Shown: positions 1-8,742 of the stretch, piece after piece
How positions within the stretch are numbered: the first letter of the stretch is position 1
How the letters are laid out: the number at the start of each line of letters is the position of its first letter
NCBI RefSeq assembly: GCF_018255755.1
Contig: NZ_CP073766.1
Span: forward strand, 4,720,932-4,744,931
Direction: 5' to 3'
DNA from: Chitinophaga sp. HK235
Lineage (GTDB): Bacteria > Bacteroidota > Bacteroidia > Chitinophagales > Chitinophagaceae
DNA: 24,000 nucleotides
Notes under the pieces: generated by a model
Databases searched by the model: none
Told to the model about the DNA's origin: nothing
The model's input: only the letters and a program-made list of their open reading frames with translations
Made by a program: the position numbers and the translations under genes

Positions 1-77
1 TTTTTCACAGAAAATCCTTTGGGGAAAAAAGAAGCTGTTATGTTCTTTATTACCTTGCTGAAATACCGCTTTTATTT

Positions 78-713
78 ATGGTGAAATTTTTACATCTTTA
101 TAGTCGGTACAAACCCCACAACCATATGCAAGAATACTGGATACGATGGGAAACCTGGATGCGCCAGCATGCCCCCAAACTTCTGAATATCCTTAATCCT
201 GGCGTGACATACGAAGCAGTCGAGTCTTTGGAAAAGCTGATCGATTCGCCCTTACCGGCAGATTTTAAGGCATTTTACGCGGTCCATGATGGTCAGCGTA
301 AAGCCAGGACCGGGCTGGTAGACGGCGACCTGTTGCTCTCTGTAGAAGATATCGCCGACAACTGGCATTACTGGCAAGACCTGCTGGATGCCGGCACTTT
401 TACCTATAACGATCACCCCATCGCTTCCGAACCCGACACAGGCATTCGCAACAGCTGGTGGAACCCGTTGTGGATACCCATTACCTCCGATGGATTTGGC
501 AACCATCTTTGCCTTGACCTGGCCCCTGCCCCCGAAGGCCGGTACGGCCAGATTATCGCCCTATGGCATGATGATAACCACCGCGAAATCGTAGCACCCT
601 CCTTCCGCGAATGGATCGCCGCCTATATCGACGCCATAGAAAGAGGAGATTACGTTTTTGTTAAGAAATGGGGCATCGTCCATAAAGGCACCTCTTTCAA
701 CTACAACGACTGA
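78..713 (+). CDS. SMI1/KNR4 (SUKH-1 superfamily) domain protein
   Basis: 211-aa ORF. The N-terminal part (LNPGVTYEAVESLEKLIDSPLPADFKAFYAVHDGQ) and C-terminal part (FGNHLCLDLAPAPEGRYGQIIALWHDD...FREWI) match the pattern I associate with SMI1/KNR4 domains. Alternative start at M17 (nt 126). A near-consensus -7 box, TACCTTGC, lies at 51-58. Confidence 0.8.
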   Translation: MVKFLHLYSRYKPHNHMQEYWIRWETWMRQHAPKLLNILNPGVTYEAVESLEKLIDSPLPADFKAFYAVHDGQRKARTGLVDGDLLLSVEDIADNWHYWQDLLDAGTFTYNDHPIASEPDTGIRNSWWNPLWIPITSDGFGNHLCLDLAPAPEGRYGQIIALWHDDNHREIVAPSFREWIAAYIDAIERGDYVFVKKWGIVHKGTSFNYND

Positions 714-1699
714 TATCCGGCCGGACTGCTGCCAGTCCAACGCTTAAACGCCCGGGTGAAAGCACTCAACTCATTATACCCCAGCATATAGGAAATATCT
801 TTCAAAGGATAGTTGCCCGACGATATGTAATAAAGGGCCAGTGACTTTCTCACCGCATCCGCCACTTCCTGGTATTTAACGCCTTCATCTTTCAGCTTGC
901 GTTGTAAACTGCGCGGGCTCAGGTTAAAATTAGCCGCCATCTCCTCTAGCGTGATGATGCCCAGATAAGAATTAGCCAGCAGATGGTTATATACTCTTAC
1001 CTGTAGCGTATTATTGGTGGCTGCTTTCGGCTGAGACAAGCTGCTCACTTTTTTCAACAACAGGCTTTGTAACTCATAATTCGCTGTCAGTATAGGCTCA
1101 TCCCAATAACGGGCTTCAAATACAAGCGCATATTCATCGGCACGTTTTACAGGTTTACAACGAAATGCCTGTTCGTACGCAGCCAGATCAGGCACGGTAT
1201 AAGGCATTCGTACTGCCTGCGGTGCAATCTTTTCCAGCAACAGCCCCGACAACTCATGAATTGTAAGCACCATCAGAAACTCAATGAGCATGCGAAAAGC
1301 CATCGTAGGTCCGTCACCGTGATCTGCTGAAGGAATGAAGCGCACTGTAAAGTTTTTGCTGCTCCGGACTATATCCAGCCGGCACTGGTCTGTTACCAGG
1401 TGTGTGAGTGCTACTGCATGAGTAAGCGCTTCTCCCACCGTGGCACTCGTCTGTATGATCTCTCCCACCACACCCAGGGCGGCAGGCTGCACCGAAGCGG
1501 CAAAATGCAGACCGAACAACGGATCGTTGGTAAGACGGGCAGCATGCAGCCATAGCATATCCAGCTGATGCTGAGTAACGGGAGCGGCTGTTGTTTTTTT
1601 AAGGGCCGTCAGATCGATGCCAACCTGCTTACAGAGCTGTGCTGCATCTACATCACGCTGCACAGCGTAGGCGATAATAGCTAATACCAGTTGTTTCAT
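701..1699 (-). CDS. AraC family transcriptional regulator with an AraC-type N-terminal ligand-binding (Arabinose_bd-like) domain
   Basis: 332-aa ORF. It has a C-terminal double HTH typical of AraC/XylS (LEEMAANFNLSPRSLQRKLKDEG ... ISYMLGYNELSAFTRAFKRWTGSSPAGYQ) and a long N-terminal non-cupin sensor region. Its 3' end overlaps the convergent SMI1 gene by 13 nt. Confidence 0.85.
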   Translation of the reverse strand: MKQLVLAIIAYAVQRDVDAAQLCKQVGIDLTALKKTTAAPVTQHQLDMLWLHAARLTNDPLFGLHFAASVQPAALGVVGEIIQTSATVGEALTHAVALTHLVTDQCRLDIVRSSKNFTVRFIPSADHGDGPTMAFRMLIEFLMVLTIHELSGLLLEKIAPQAVRMPYTVPDLAAYEQAFRCKPVKRADEYALVFEARYWDEPILTANYELQSLLLKKVSSLSQPKAATNNTLQVRVYNHLLANSYLGIITLEEMAANFNLSPRSLQRKLKDEGVKYQEVADAVRKSLALYYISSGNYPLKDISYMLGYNELSAFTRAFKRWTGSSPAGYQSL

Positions 1700-1739
1700 A
1701 GGATAAAGTTATTCTTCTGTAATGGCATAAAAAACAGTC

Positions 1740-1776
1740 TGTCGTGAAATGGTAATCGTTTGTCGTGTAATGATAA
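1740..1776. promoter_or_regulatory. Direct repeat pair in the divergent promoter region, a candidate AraC-family binding site
   Basis: TGTCGTGAAATGGTAA (1740-1755) and TGTCGTGTAATGATAA (1761-1776) match at 14/16 positions and are offset by 21 bp (two helical turns). A partial third copy, TGTAATGG, lies at 1718-1725. The pair ends about 23 nt upstream of the -7 box of the SnoaL-like gene. Confidence 0.4.
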
Positions 1777-1798
1777 ATAATACCCTTCCTTCAGATAG

Positions 1799-1806
1799 TA
1801 GCTTTG
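1799..1806 (+). promoter_or_regulatory. Bacteroidota-type -7 promoter box (TAnnTTTG) for the SnoaL-like gene
   Basis: TAGCTTTG is an exact match to the TAnnTTTG consensus. It is followed by an A/C-rich leader (1807-1849) with no Shine-Dalgarno sequence, then the ATG at 1850. Confidence 0.45.
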
Positions 1807-1849
1807 TGTCAACAAAACAAACGAAAACAAAAACAAAAAAAATACAATC

Positions 1850-2245
1850 ATGGAAAATCAAACTTTAGCAGTAGTAAAAGATTTCGTTACCGCAGTACAA
1901 CAGGTAAACCTCGAAAAACTTGGCGCATTGCTCCATCCTGATATTACCTGGGAACAACCCGGCAGCAACCGTTTCTCCGGCACTAAAAAATCCAGCGGAG
2001 AAGTATTCCAGATGGTAGGTGGCATGTTTGAAGTATCTCAAAATACGATGGCACTGACAGACATCAAATCTATCACTGTCAATGGCGACCAGGCTGCAGT
2101 ACTGTTACACTGGAAAGCTTCCAGACCAGGCGCTACACTGGACACTGATAACGTTGACGTATACACGGTAAAAGACGGACAGATCGTTGCCGCCAAAGTA
2201 TATGCTGCGGACCTCGCTCAGGAAGATCATTTCTGGGGAAATTAA
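1850..2245 (+). CDS. SnoaL-like / NTF2-fold (ketosteroid-isomerase-like) protein
   Basis: 131-aa ORF. Its size and pattern (VKDFVTAVQQVNLEKLGALLHPDITWEQPG...; C-terminal beta-rich VYTVKDGQIVAAKVY) are typical of SnoaL_2/NTF2-like proteins. It is divergent from the AraC gene. Confidence 0.75.
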   Translation: MENQTLAVVKDFVTAVQQVNLEKLGALLHPDITWEQPGSNRFSGTKKSSGEVFQMVGGMFEVSQNTMALTDIKSITVNGDQAAVLLHWKASRPGATLDTDNVDVYTVKDGQIVAAKVYAADLAQEDHFWGN

Positions 2246-2321
2246 CAGCCTTGGGGAGAAGAAAAACAAACCTGTTACAATAATATCTGTTGGCCGGCTT
2301 TCGGAGAGAAAGCAGTCAAGC

Positions 2322-2364
2322 ACAACCCTTCGGGAAACGGGCCTTCCGGAGGGTTGTTTTATTT
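2322..2364 (+). terminator. Rho-independent terminator between convergent genes
   Basis: A 12-bp stem, ACAACCCTTCGG (2322-2333) pairing with CCGGAGGGTTGT (2346-2357) with one G-U pair, carries a 12-nt loop and is followed by TTTTATTT. It overlaps the stop codon of the minus-strand gene ending at 2359. Confidence 0.6.
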
Positions 2365-2961
2365 AAACCAACGGCGTTTTTTGCTCTGCTGCCGTTCCTT
2401 ATCTGTAGGATAGACAGGATCGATAAACCGACCTTCGGGATGATTGAGCGGACTACAGTCATGACGCTTTTCGATTGTTGTGACTGTTGTTGCCCCCATT
2501 ACTATCTTTCCTGTCCTTGTGGCAAAGCCAGTCACCACCAGTTCCGGCAGATTATAGGATTTAAGGGAAGACTTAGTGGTATCCTCCGGCAGCGACTCCT
2601 GCAGTGGTGTCAGCTGCATTTCCACCTCTTCCAGTGTTCTTGCTTCTGCATACCCCTGATTGGCAATACCGGTGATCATCCCTGCTGTGAGCAGGAGCGC
2701 AGGTAAAAAATTACTCCTGGTTGCCGGTGGTGGTGCAATCAATCTATCCAACTGTGAGCTCTGAAAGTGACCACACACCTCCCCTTTGCTGTTACGAAGC
2801 ATGGCCAGTATCTCAGCATCCGACATAGAAGAGAAATCTATTACGGTTTTAGCACAGCGGCTACAGTGCTTACCCGCAGCGGTATGAGTCATTTCATCCC
2901 AATTCTCACTGCAAGGCGTAGGAACAGACAGGAACAGACCTTTTGCGTACTTCATAGACAC
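2359..2961 (-). CDS. Hypothetical membrane-anchored protein with an N-terminal Cys/His zinc-ribbon-like module
   Basis: 200-aa ORF. The N-terminus reads C17-x8-H-x5-HC-x2-C ... C63-x-H (PCSENWDEMTHTAAGKHCSRCAKTVIDFSSMSDAEILAML...VCGHF). A single TM segment (FLPALLLTAGMITGIA) follows, then about 100 aa of extracytoplasmic tail. The N-terminal motif recurs in many Bacteroidota hypothetical proteins, from memory. Alternative start at M3 (nt 2955). Confidence 0.6.
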   Translation of the reverse strand: MSMKYAKGLFLSVPTPCSENWDEMTHTAAGKHCSRCAKTVIDFSSMSDAEILAMLRNSKGEVCGHFQSSQLDRLIAPPPATRSNFLPALLLTAGMITGIANQGYAEARTLEEVEMQLTPLQESLPEDTTKSSLKSYNLPELVVTGFATRTGKIVMGATTVTTIEKRHDCSPLNHPEGRFIDPVYPTDKERQQSKKRRWFK

Positions 2962-3151
2962 AGGTTAATATTCTTCAATTTACTAAAAGTGACTGACACC
3001 ATTTTGCGGGAAAATCCCCGCCAATCCTTCCCAGACAAAAAACAGCCATTTGTAAGATAGTGTTTTTCAACAGCATCAAATAGCATTTCCGGAATGGCAT
3101 CAAAATTGGATTATCCATAGCATACATGTTAACATAAAAACAATATCAGTT

Positions 3152-3457
3152 ATGAGAGCACCCAAAAGCATTTCCGCCGTGTTGTTTGCAGTAGCCTTTG
3201 GCGCAATAGCCACATTACCGGCACAGGCAGTATTTGCACAACACAAAATAGATAGTCTTCCTAGAAAGATAGGTAACAAAACCGCTTCTATAGCCGTAAA
3301 AGGCACCTCCACCCTTACCGATAAAATATACAAAGGAAAGGAAGGCCCAAACGGACAAACAGTATATATCGACAAAAGAGACCGGAAATTTATAGTTGAC
3401 GATAAGGGCAAAAAAATATACCTGAAACCATCTCAAATTCATGATAAGAAGCAATAG
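3152..3457 (+). CDS. Small secreted lysine-rich protein (possible PBCV-type basic adaptor-like repeat)
   Basis: 101-aa ORF with a clear signal peptide (MRAPKSISAVLFAVAFGAIATLPAQAVFAQ). The basic C-terminus, GPNGQTVYIDKRDRKFIVDDKGKKIYLK, follows. A strong terminator lies downstream. Confidence 0.6.
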   Translation: MRAPKSISAVLFAVAFGAIATLPAQAVFAQHKIDSLPRKIGNKTASIAVKGTSTLTDKIYKGKEGPNGQTVYIDKRDRKFIVDDKGKKIYLKPSQIHDKKQ

Positions 3458-3486
3458 GTTGCAAGTTTTTAATCGTATTCTCATCA

Positions 3487-3518
3487 GCCGGTCAGGAGTT
3501 TTACCTGCCGGCTTTTTT
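3487..3518 (+). terminator. Rho-independent terminator
   Basis: GCCGGTCAGG (3487-3496) pairs with CCTGCCGGC (3504-3512), with one bulge, and is followed by TTTTTT (3513-3518). Confidence 0.7.
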
Positions 3519-3559
3519 GTTGGCCGTTTAACCATCATCCAAATTATCAAGCCTCCACA

Positions 3560-4780
3560 TTACTCATACCGCAATGCCTCTATAGGATCGAGGCGGGAGG
3601 CGGCCTGCGCGGGATAATATCCAAAGAAAACACCGGTCAGTGCACATACCAGGAACGATAACATGATAGATGATTCCGATACAATCGTTGGCCATCCCAA
3701 TGTAAGCGTAATCACCTGAGCAGCTGTGATACCCAGTATCACACCTATAACGCCACCGGTTACACTGATAATGATCGCTTCCACCAGGAACTGCAGCAGG
3801 ATATCGATACCACGGGCACCGATAGACATACGCAGCCCTATTTCCCGGGTGCGTTCAGTGACAGACACGTACATAATATTCATGATGCCGATACCTCCAA
3901 TGACCAGGGAGATGCCGGCAATAGCAGTGAGCAGTATTGTCAGCAGACTGCTGGTGGAGCTGAGGGTTTTAATCAGTTCTTCCATCGTCCTTACCTGGAA
4001 GTTGTTTTCATCGCTGGGGCGCAGCCGGTGTGTTTCCCGCAATATCTCTGTGATTTCATCGGTAGCCTGTGCGGAAGCGCCTGCGCTGACAGCAGAAGCA
4101 TAAATACTCTGAAAATAGATGGTGGCGAGGATGCGCTTCTGTACGGTGGTATAGGGTGTAAGAATGATATCGTCCTGGTCTTGTCCGAAAGAGCTTTGGC
4201 CTTTGGGAACCAGGGTGCCTATTACCTGCAGCGGGATGGAGTTGAGGCGTATTACCTTGCCTACAGGGCTTTCTCCGCTGGGAAACAGATTATTGATCAC
4301 GGTTTGTCCGAGCACACATACTTTGGCGGCTGTGGTCACATCGGCATCGGTAAAGCTGACACCGTCGGCAATATCCAGCTTACGGATATCGAAGTAGGAT
4401 GGCGCCACGCCCTGCAGGGTGGTAGGCCAGTTGAGGGCACCGTAGATAGCTTGTCCTTTGGTAGAAGACACCGGCGATACGGCACTGACATGTTCCGCAT
4501 TTTTCTGTATGGCTTTTACATCCACGATGGTGAGTGTCTGAAAACTGGAGCCCGCAATACGCAAGCCACCTGCTACGTTGCTACTGGGCAATACCGTGAT
4601 CATATTGGAGCCCATAGCACTGAGCTGCGATTGTATGCTTTCCTTTGATCCTTCTCCGATGGCCACCATGGCTATTACAGCGGCAACACCGATGATGATG
4701 CCGAGCATAGTTAGAAAAGCCCGCAGTTTATTACGCTGCAAGGCCTTGAATGCAATTCGGATGAGGTTAATTACACTCAT
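3560..4780 (-). CDS. ABC transporter permease, MacB/FtsX family (MacB periplasmic core domain plus FtsX 4-TM)
   Basis: 406-aa ORF with an N-terminal TM (LRAFLTMLGIIIGVAAVIAMVAIG), a periplasmic domain of about 220 aa, a C-terminal FtsX-type TM bundle, and the typical ending DPIEALRYE. It is the last gene of the efflux operon. Confidence 0.9.
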   Translation of the reverse strand: MSVINLIRIAFKALQRNKLRAFLTMLGIIIGVAAVIAMVAIGEGSKESIQSQLSAMGSNMITVLPSSNVAGGLRIAGSSFQTLTIVDVKAIQKNAEHVSAVSPVSSTKGQAIYGALNWPTTLQGVAPSYFDIRKLDIADGVSFTDADVTTAAKVCVLGQTVINNLFPSGESPVGKVIRLNSIPLQVIGTLVPKGQSSFGQDQDDIILTPYTTVQKRILATIYFQSIYASAVSAGASAQATDEITEILRETHRLRPSDENNFQVRTMEELIKTLSSTSSLLTILLTAIAGISLVIGGIGIMNIMYVSVTERTREIGLRMSIGARGIDILLQFLVEAIIISVTGGVIGVILGITAAQVITLTLGWPTIVSESSIMLSFLVCALTGVFFGYYPAQAASRLDPIEALRYE

Positions 4781-4789
4781 GGTGGTGAA

Positions 4790-5536
4790 TTAATAGTCTT
4801 TCGCCGGAGGGAGGGATTCCAACGCTTCCCTCGCCGAGCGTACGTTTTCGTTGATTGTATCTTTTACTATTTTACCATCGCGCAGCGTGACCGTTCTCCT
4901 GCTGAAGGCAGCGATGTCAGGTTCATGGGTAACGAAGACGATGGTTTTACCCTCTTTGTTAAGGTCCTGCATGAGCGACATGATCTCATAGGAGGTGCGG
5001 GTGTCGAGGTTACCGGTAGCTTCATCTGCCAGGATCATCACCGGCTGGTTTACCAGCGCCCTGGCGATGGCCACCCGTTGTTGTTGTCCGCCGGAGAGCT
5101 GGCTGGGCGTATGGTCCAGCCGGTCTGCCAGCTTCACCGCTTCCAGTGCGCTGATCGCTTTATCTCTTCTTTCCCGCACCGTCAGGGAGGGGTTGTAGAA
5201 CAAAGGCAGTTCTACATTTTCCAATGCGGATGTTCGGGGCAACAAGTTATAGGCCTGGAACACAAAACCAATTTTCCGGTTGCGTACCCTTGCCAGCTCA
5301 TTACGGGAGAGTGCACTCACATCCGTACCATCAAGCAGATAGTTGCCGGCCGTGGGTTTATCGAGGCAGCCGAGGAGGTTGAGCAGCGTGGTTTTGCCGG
5401 AGCCGCTGCTACCCATGATAGTGAGGAATTCACCGGCATGGACTTCAAATGAAACCCCTTTGAGGGCATGTACTGTTTCTGTGCCCATCACAAAATCACG
5501 CCTGATCTGGTTTAATTCGAGAATTTTGTCGTTCAT
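4790..5536 (-). CDS. ABC transporter ATP-binding protein (MacB/LolD-type)
   Basis: 248-aa ORF with Walker [13 protein letters not shown] signature [15 protein letters not shown], Walker [12 protein letters not shown], and an H-loop in FVTHE. Its start overlaps the upstream adaptor gene stop by 4 nt. Confidence 0.95.
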   Translation of the reverse strand: MNDKILELNQIRRDFVMGTETVHALKGVSFEVHAGEFLTIMGSSGSGKTTLLNLLGCLDKPTAGNYLLDGTDVSALSRNELARVRNRKIGFVFQAYNLLPRTSALENVELPLFYNPSLTVRERRDKAISALEAVKLADRLDHTPSQLSGGQQQRVAIARALVNQPVMILADEATGNLDTRTSYEIMSLMQDLNKEGKTIVFVTHEPDIAAFSRRTVTLRDGKIVKDTINENVRSAREALESLPPAKDY

Positions 5537-6759
5537 CGCTTGCGCCCTCCCCCCATTCTGGGCAAAAACGGACTTTTAACTCCGGATGCAGCTGTAGGCA
5601 CAGCATTGCCATTGACGGCCGTTATCACTACATCACTGGGTGTAAGCCCTGAAATAACTTCTATCTGTGTATTATCATTCAATCCGGTGCGGATATGTTT
5701 CTGCAGCAAAGTATCGCCCCGCAGCAACCATACATAGTTGGATGTACCGGCACGCGCTGTGTTTGCAGCCCCTCCTGTGGTATCTGTTTTGTGCCGGGGG
5801 CCTCTTCCTACTGCACTCACGACCACATAATCTTTCAGCATTGTTGAATCTGGCCGGAACTTCAGCGCTTTCACCGGTAATAGCAGTGCACTGTCTTTCT
5901 CAGCAGTATAAATGGTCACATTGGCTGTCATGCCGGGTTTCAGCTTCATCTCTTCGTTGGGCGCATTGATGATGGTGTTATAAGTCACCACATTGGACGA
6001 TACGGAGGGCTGCAGCCTTATTTCCTGTACCCTGCCGGCGAATACATCTTGCAGATAGGCATCTACGGTAAAGGTTACACGCTGTGATTTTTGTACGTTG
6101 CCGATATCTGCTTCGTCCACGCTGGCTTCCACCTGCATCTTGGTGATATCCCGTGCAATCACAAACAAGGTAGGTGTATTGAAACTGGCGGCGACGGTTT
6201 GTCCTACGCTGACATTACGGTTAAGCACTACACCATCTATCGGTGAAATAATATCCGTGAAGGAAAGGTTTTTCAGGGCAGATGTCAGTTGGGCTTTCAC
6301 ACTGGCTACATTAGCCCTGGCCTGCCCTATCTGGTTGGTAGCTATATCATAATCGGCCTTACTGATAGCACCGGTTTGGTAAAGCAGTTCCTGCCGGTGG
6401 AAGTTATTGATCTGATAGTCCAGGTTTGTTTGCGCTACCTGCAGGTTGGCCCGGAACTGGTCTACCGGTGCCTGAAACAGCACCTTGTCCAGCTCTCCCA
6501 GCTTCTGCCCTTTTTTAACCTGGGAATTATAGTCCACATACAGATATTTGAGCGTGCCGGATACCTGGGCGCCCACGGCCACGGTATCTACCGGCTGGAT
6601 GGTACCGGTGGCAGTAATGGTGGTGGCTATATGGCCATATGCAGGTTTTACGGTATCAAAACTAACCTGCTGGCGCTTCTTTCTGATAAAAAGGAACCAG
6701 ATGATCAGCGCGATCAGCAAAATAGCTGCTACGATAATGACCCTTTTATACTTTCTCAT
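5533..6759 (-). CDS. Efflux transporter periplasmic adaptor subunit (HlyD/MacA family)
   Basis: 408-aa ORF with an N-terminal membrane anchor (VIIVAAILLIALIIWFLF), a lipoyl/barrel-sandwich motif (VSGTLKYLYVDYNSQVKKGQKLGELD), a coiled-coil segment and C-terminal beta-barrel regions. Confidence 0.9.
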   Translation of the reverse strand: MRKYKRVIIVAAILLIALIIWFLFIRKKRQQVSFDTVKPAYGHIATTITATGTIQPVDTVAVGAQVSGTLKYLYVDYNSQVKKGQKLGELDKVLFQAPVDQFRANLQVAQTNLDYQINNFHRQELLYQTGAISKADYDIATNQIGQARANVASVKAQLTSALKNLSFTDIISPIDGVVLNRNVSVGQTVAASFNTPTLFVIARDITKMQVEASVDEADIGNVQKSQRVTFTVDAYLQDVFAGRVQEIRLQPSVSSNVVTYNTIINAPNEEMKLKPGMTANVTIYTAEKDSALLLPVKALKFRPDSTMLKDYVVVSAVGRGPRHKTDTTGGAANTARAGTSNYVWLLRGDTLLQKHIRTGLNDNTQIEVISGLTPSDVVITAVNGNAVPTAASGVKSPFLPRMGGGRKR

Positions 6760-6771
6760 ACTTCATCGCAT

Positions 6772-8118
6772 TTATAGTTTTACAGGGATGCCCCTGTAAA
6801 AATCATATATCCTGATTGTCAGTGCTGTATTGTATTTAGCCTGTATATAAGCCTGAAATGCCTGTATGTAAAGATTTTTCTGTTGAAGGAAAGTCACGAT
6901 ATTGGCCACCCCTACTCTCAGCTGTTCGGAGGCAATACGGTAGCTTTCCGATGCGAAGCGCAGTTGTTCTACGGATGCATCATACTGCCCCTGTGCATTG
7001 ATGACACTGATATAAGCCTGTTCAACAGTTTGGGAGAGGTTGGTTCGGGTATCCCTGAGGGTAAGCTTTGACTGGTCTATTTCTATTTTGGACTTTTCCA
7101 CGGCTGTTTTATTGGCTCTCCGGGTATATATCGGGACAGAGAGGGTAAGCCCTATCTGCTGGTAAAAATTGTTGTCCAGCTGTTTAAAGAAATTGTTGCC
7201 CGGATCTCTGAGATAAGAGCTGCCGAGTGCTCCTCCGGCTGTTAGCGTGGGCTTATATCCTGCGTGGGCTTTAGCCAGGTCCAGCTCGGATACGTTGATG
7301 CCCAGTTCAGCGCTTTTCACTTCCGGCCTGGTGGCCAGTGCGGTGTCTTGTACATCCCTCAGGGGAGCCACATAATGACTGGACACCAGTGTATCGGGGG
7401 AATAGATGTTGAAGTCGTAGCTGCTGGGCAATTGCAGCAACTGTTTCAGCACCAGTTTATTGATCCGCTCCTGATTTTCGGCAGTAACGAGATTGTAGCG
7501 ATCGGCTGCCAGTTGCGACTGCAGCGATACCAGATTCACCAGGGCGATGCTGCCAACATCATATTGTTGTTGGGCTTGTTTTACCTGGGCTTCGGAAGTG
7601 GTAACTACATCTTTCACATATACGATGTTTTCCCTGATCAGCAGGATGTTGAGATAAGCCTGTGTAAGCTGAATGGTGATATTGTTGATTTCCTGTGCGA
7701 TGTTAAGGCCGGTGACCTGTAAGAGCAGCCCTTTCTGTTTGATATCATAGTTGAGAAATCCGCCCTGGTAGATAGTTACACCGGAGTTAACGGAATAATT
7801 GCCTGAAAAGGCCAGTTCATAGGGCCTGTTGCCGGTGGGTGTAATGCTTTTGGAGCCATTCAGGTTTTGGGAAGCCGATCCGGTGAGGTTAGGCAAACGG
7901 GCAGCCTTCGACAGCAGCAGATCCTGTTCACTGCTCAGCCGGCTCAACCGAAGGCTGTTCAGCTGGATATTGTTTTTCATAGCGTAATCCAGACAATCCT
8001 GTAAGCTCCAGACTGCAGGCAGCGACGATAAAGTGCTATCCTGCGCCATCAGCAAATTGTTAAAACACGTCCAGCACAACAGGTATAACAAGATAACAAA
8101 CCGCCGGGGAAGTATCAT
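6772..8118 (-). CDS. TolC family outer-membrane efflux protein
   Basis: 448-aa ORF with a signal peptide. It shows the two tandem OEP-type repeats with long helical segments characteristic of TolC-like channels. It is the first gene of the minus-strand efflux operon. Confidence 0.9.
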   Translation of the reverse strand: MILPRRFVILLYLLCWTCFNNLLMAQDSTLSSLPAVWSLQDCLDYAMKNNIQLNSLRLSRLSSEQDLLLSKAARLPNLTGSASQNLNGSKSITPTGNRPYELAFSGNYSVNSGVTIYQGGFLNYDIKQKGLLLQVTGLNIAQEINNITIQLTQAYLNILLIRENIVYVKDVVTTSEAQVKQAQQQYDVGSIALVNLVSLQSQLAADRYNLVTAENQERINKLVLKQLLQLPSSYDFNIYSPDTLVSSHYVAPLRDVQDTALATRPEVKSAELGINVSELDLAKAHAGYKPTLTAGGALGSSYLRDPGNNFFKQLDNNFYQQIGLTLSVPIYTRRANKTAVEKSKIEIDQSKLTLRDTRTNLSQTVEQAYISVINAQGQYDASVEQLRFASESYRIASEQLRVGVANIVTFLQQKNLYIQAFQAYIQAKYNTALTIRIYDFYRGIPVKL

Positions 8119-8186
8119 CGTGTATGCATTGCTGTTAGTAAAAAACCAAGCGCAGATATGGGGTCAAATAGTACTTCTAATATAAC

Positions 8187-8232
8187 AAAAAAAACGAAGA
8201 CCCGGGCAAAAATACCCGGGCCATCGTTTTTT
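8187..8232 (-). terminator. Bidirectional-type rho-independent terminator downstream of the DUF983 gene
   Basis: The hairpin at 8194-8227 has a CCCGGG/CCCGGG core plus an ACGA/TCGT base. It is flanked by A8 (8187-8194) and T6 (8227-8232). On the minus strand it reads as a hairpin followed by T8. Confidence 0.6.
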
Positions 8233-8262
8233 CATTCGTTATACTCAATCCTACTACTTTTG

Positions 8263-8724
8263 TTATATCGCACCTTTAAAGGTAGTATTAACCCTTCCCG
8301 TACCTGCAGGAGGTCCCTGTTGCCAGTCTTCATCATACCTTACAAAGAAGGCCATCCAGATGGTCCTGGACCAGCGCATCAGCAAGGGCTGAAGGCTCAG
8401 CAACAGCAACCCGTTAAAGCCCAGCCACCAGTAGATACTGTTATCATAGATGGAGAAGCCGATAAACAGCCACCAGGCTATCAGACTGGCTACACATACC
8501 GCTACAGACAAAGCATAACTAACATATCCGGTACCGTAATAGAAACCTACTTCCACCTCTACCGGTTGTCCGCAAACGGGGCAGTTATCCGGCATTTTCA
8601 TACAGTTTTTAAGATTGTAGGGGTTTTTACTGGTGAAAATGGAACCTCTCCGGCAACGTGCGCATTTATTGGTAAATACGCTTTTGAAGACATTCGGTTT
8701 CTCGTGTTTTTTATCTGCACACAT
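8263..8724 (-). CDS. DUF983-like small membrane protein with a zinc-ribbon
   Basis: 153-aa ORF with two CxxC pairs (KCARCRRGSIF ... CPVCGQP) followed by two hydrophobic helices. This pattern matches DUF983 proteins, from memory. Confidence 0.7.
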   Translation of the reverse strand: MCADKKHEKPNVFKSVFTNKCARCRRGSIFTSKNPYNLKNCMKMPDNCPVCGQPVEVEVGFYYGTGYVSYALSVAVCVASLIAWWLFIGFSIYDNSIYWWLGFNGLLLLSLQPLLMRWSRTIWMAFFVRYDEDWQQGPPAGTGRVNTTFKGAI

Positions 8725-8742
8725 ATATTGAAGCTTTTAATG

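Noticed and set aside
2290-2706. A Cys-rich 138-aa plus-strand ORF (…CCDCCCPHYYLSCPC…) that superficially resembles a cysteine-rich peptide precursor.
   Set aside because: It lies antisense to the better-supported 2359-2961 zinc-ribbon membrane protein and begins inside the convergent terminator region. It has no start context or signal sequence.
3487-3512. GTCAGGAG....ACCTGCC, which resembles the B12-box core of cobalamin riboswitches.
   Set aside because: The two halves are simply the arms of a terminator hairpin after the small secreted-protein gene. The spacing differs from a B12 box, no other riboswitch helices are present, and no downstream plus-strand gene exists.
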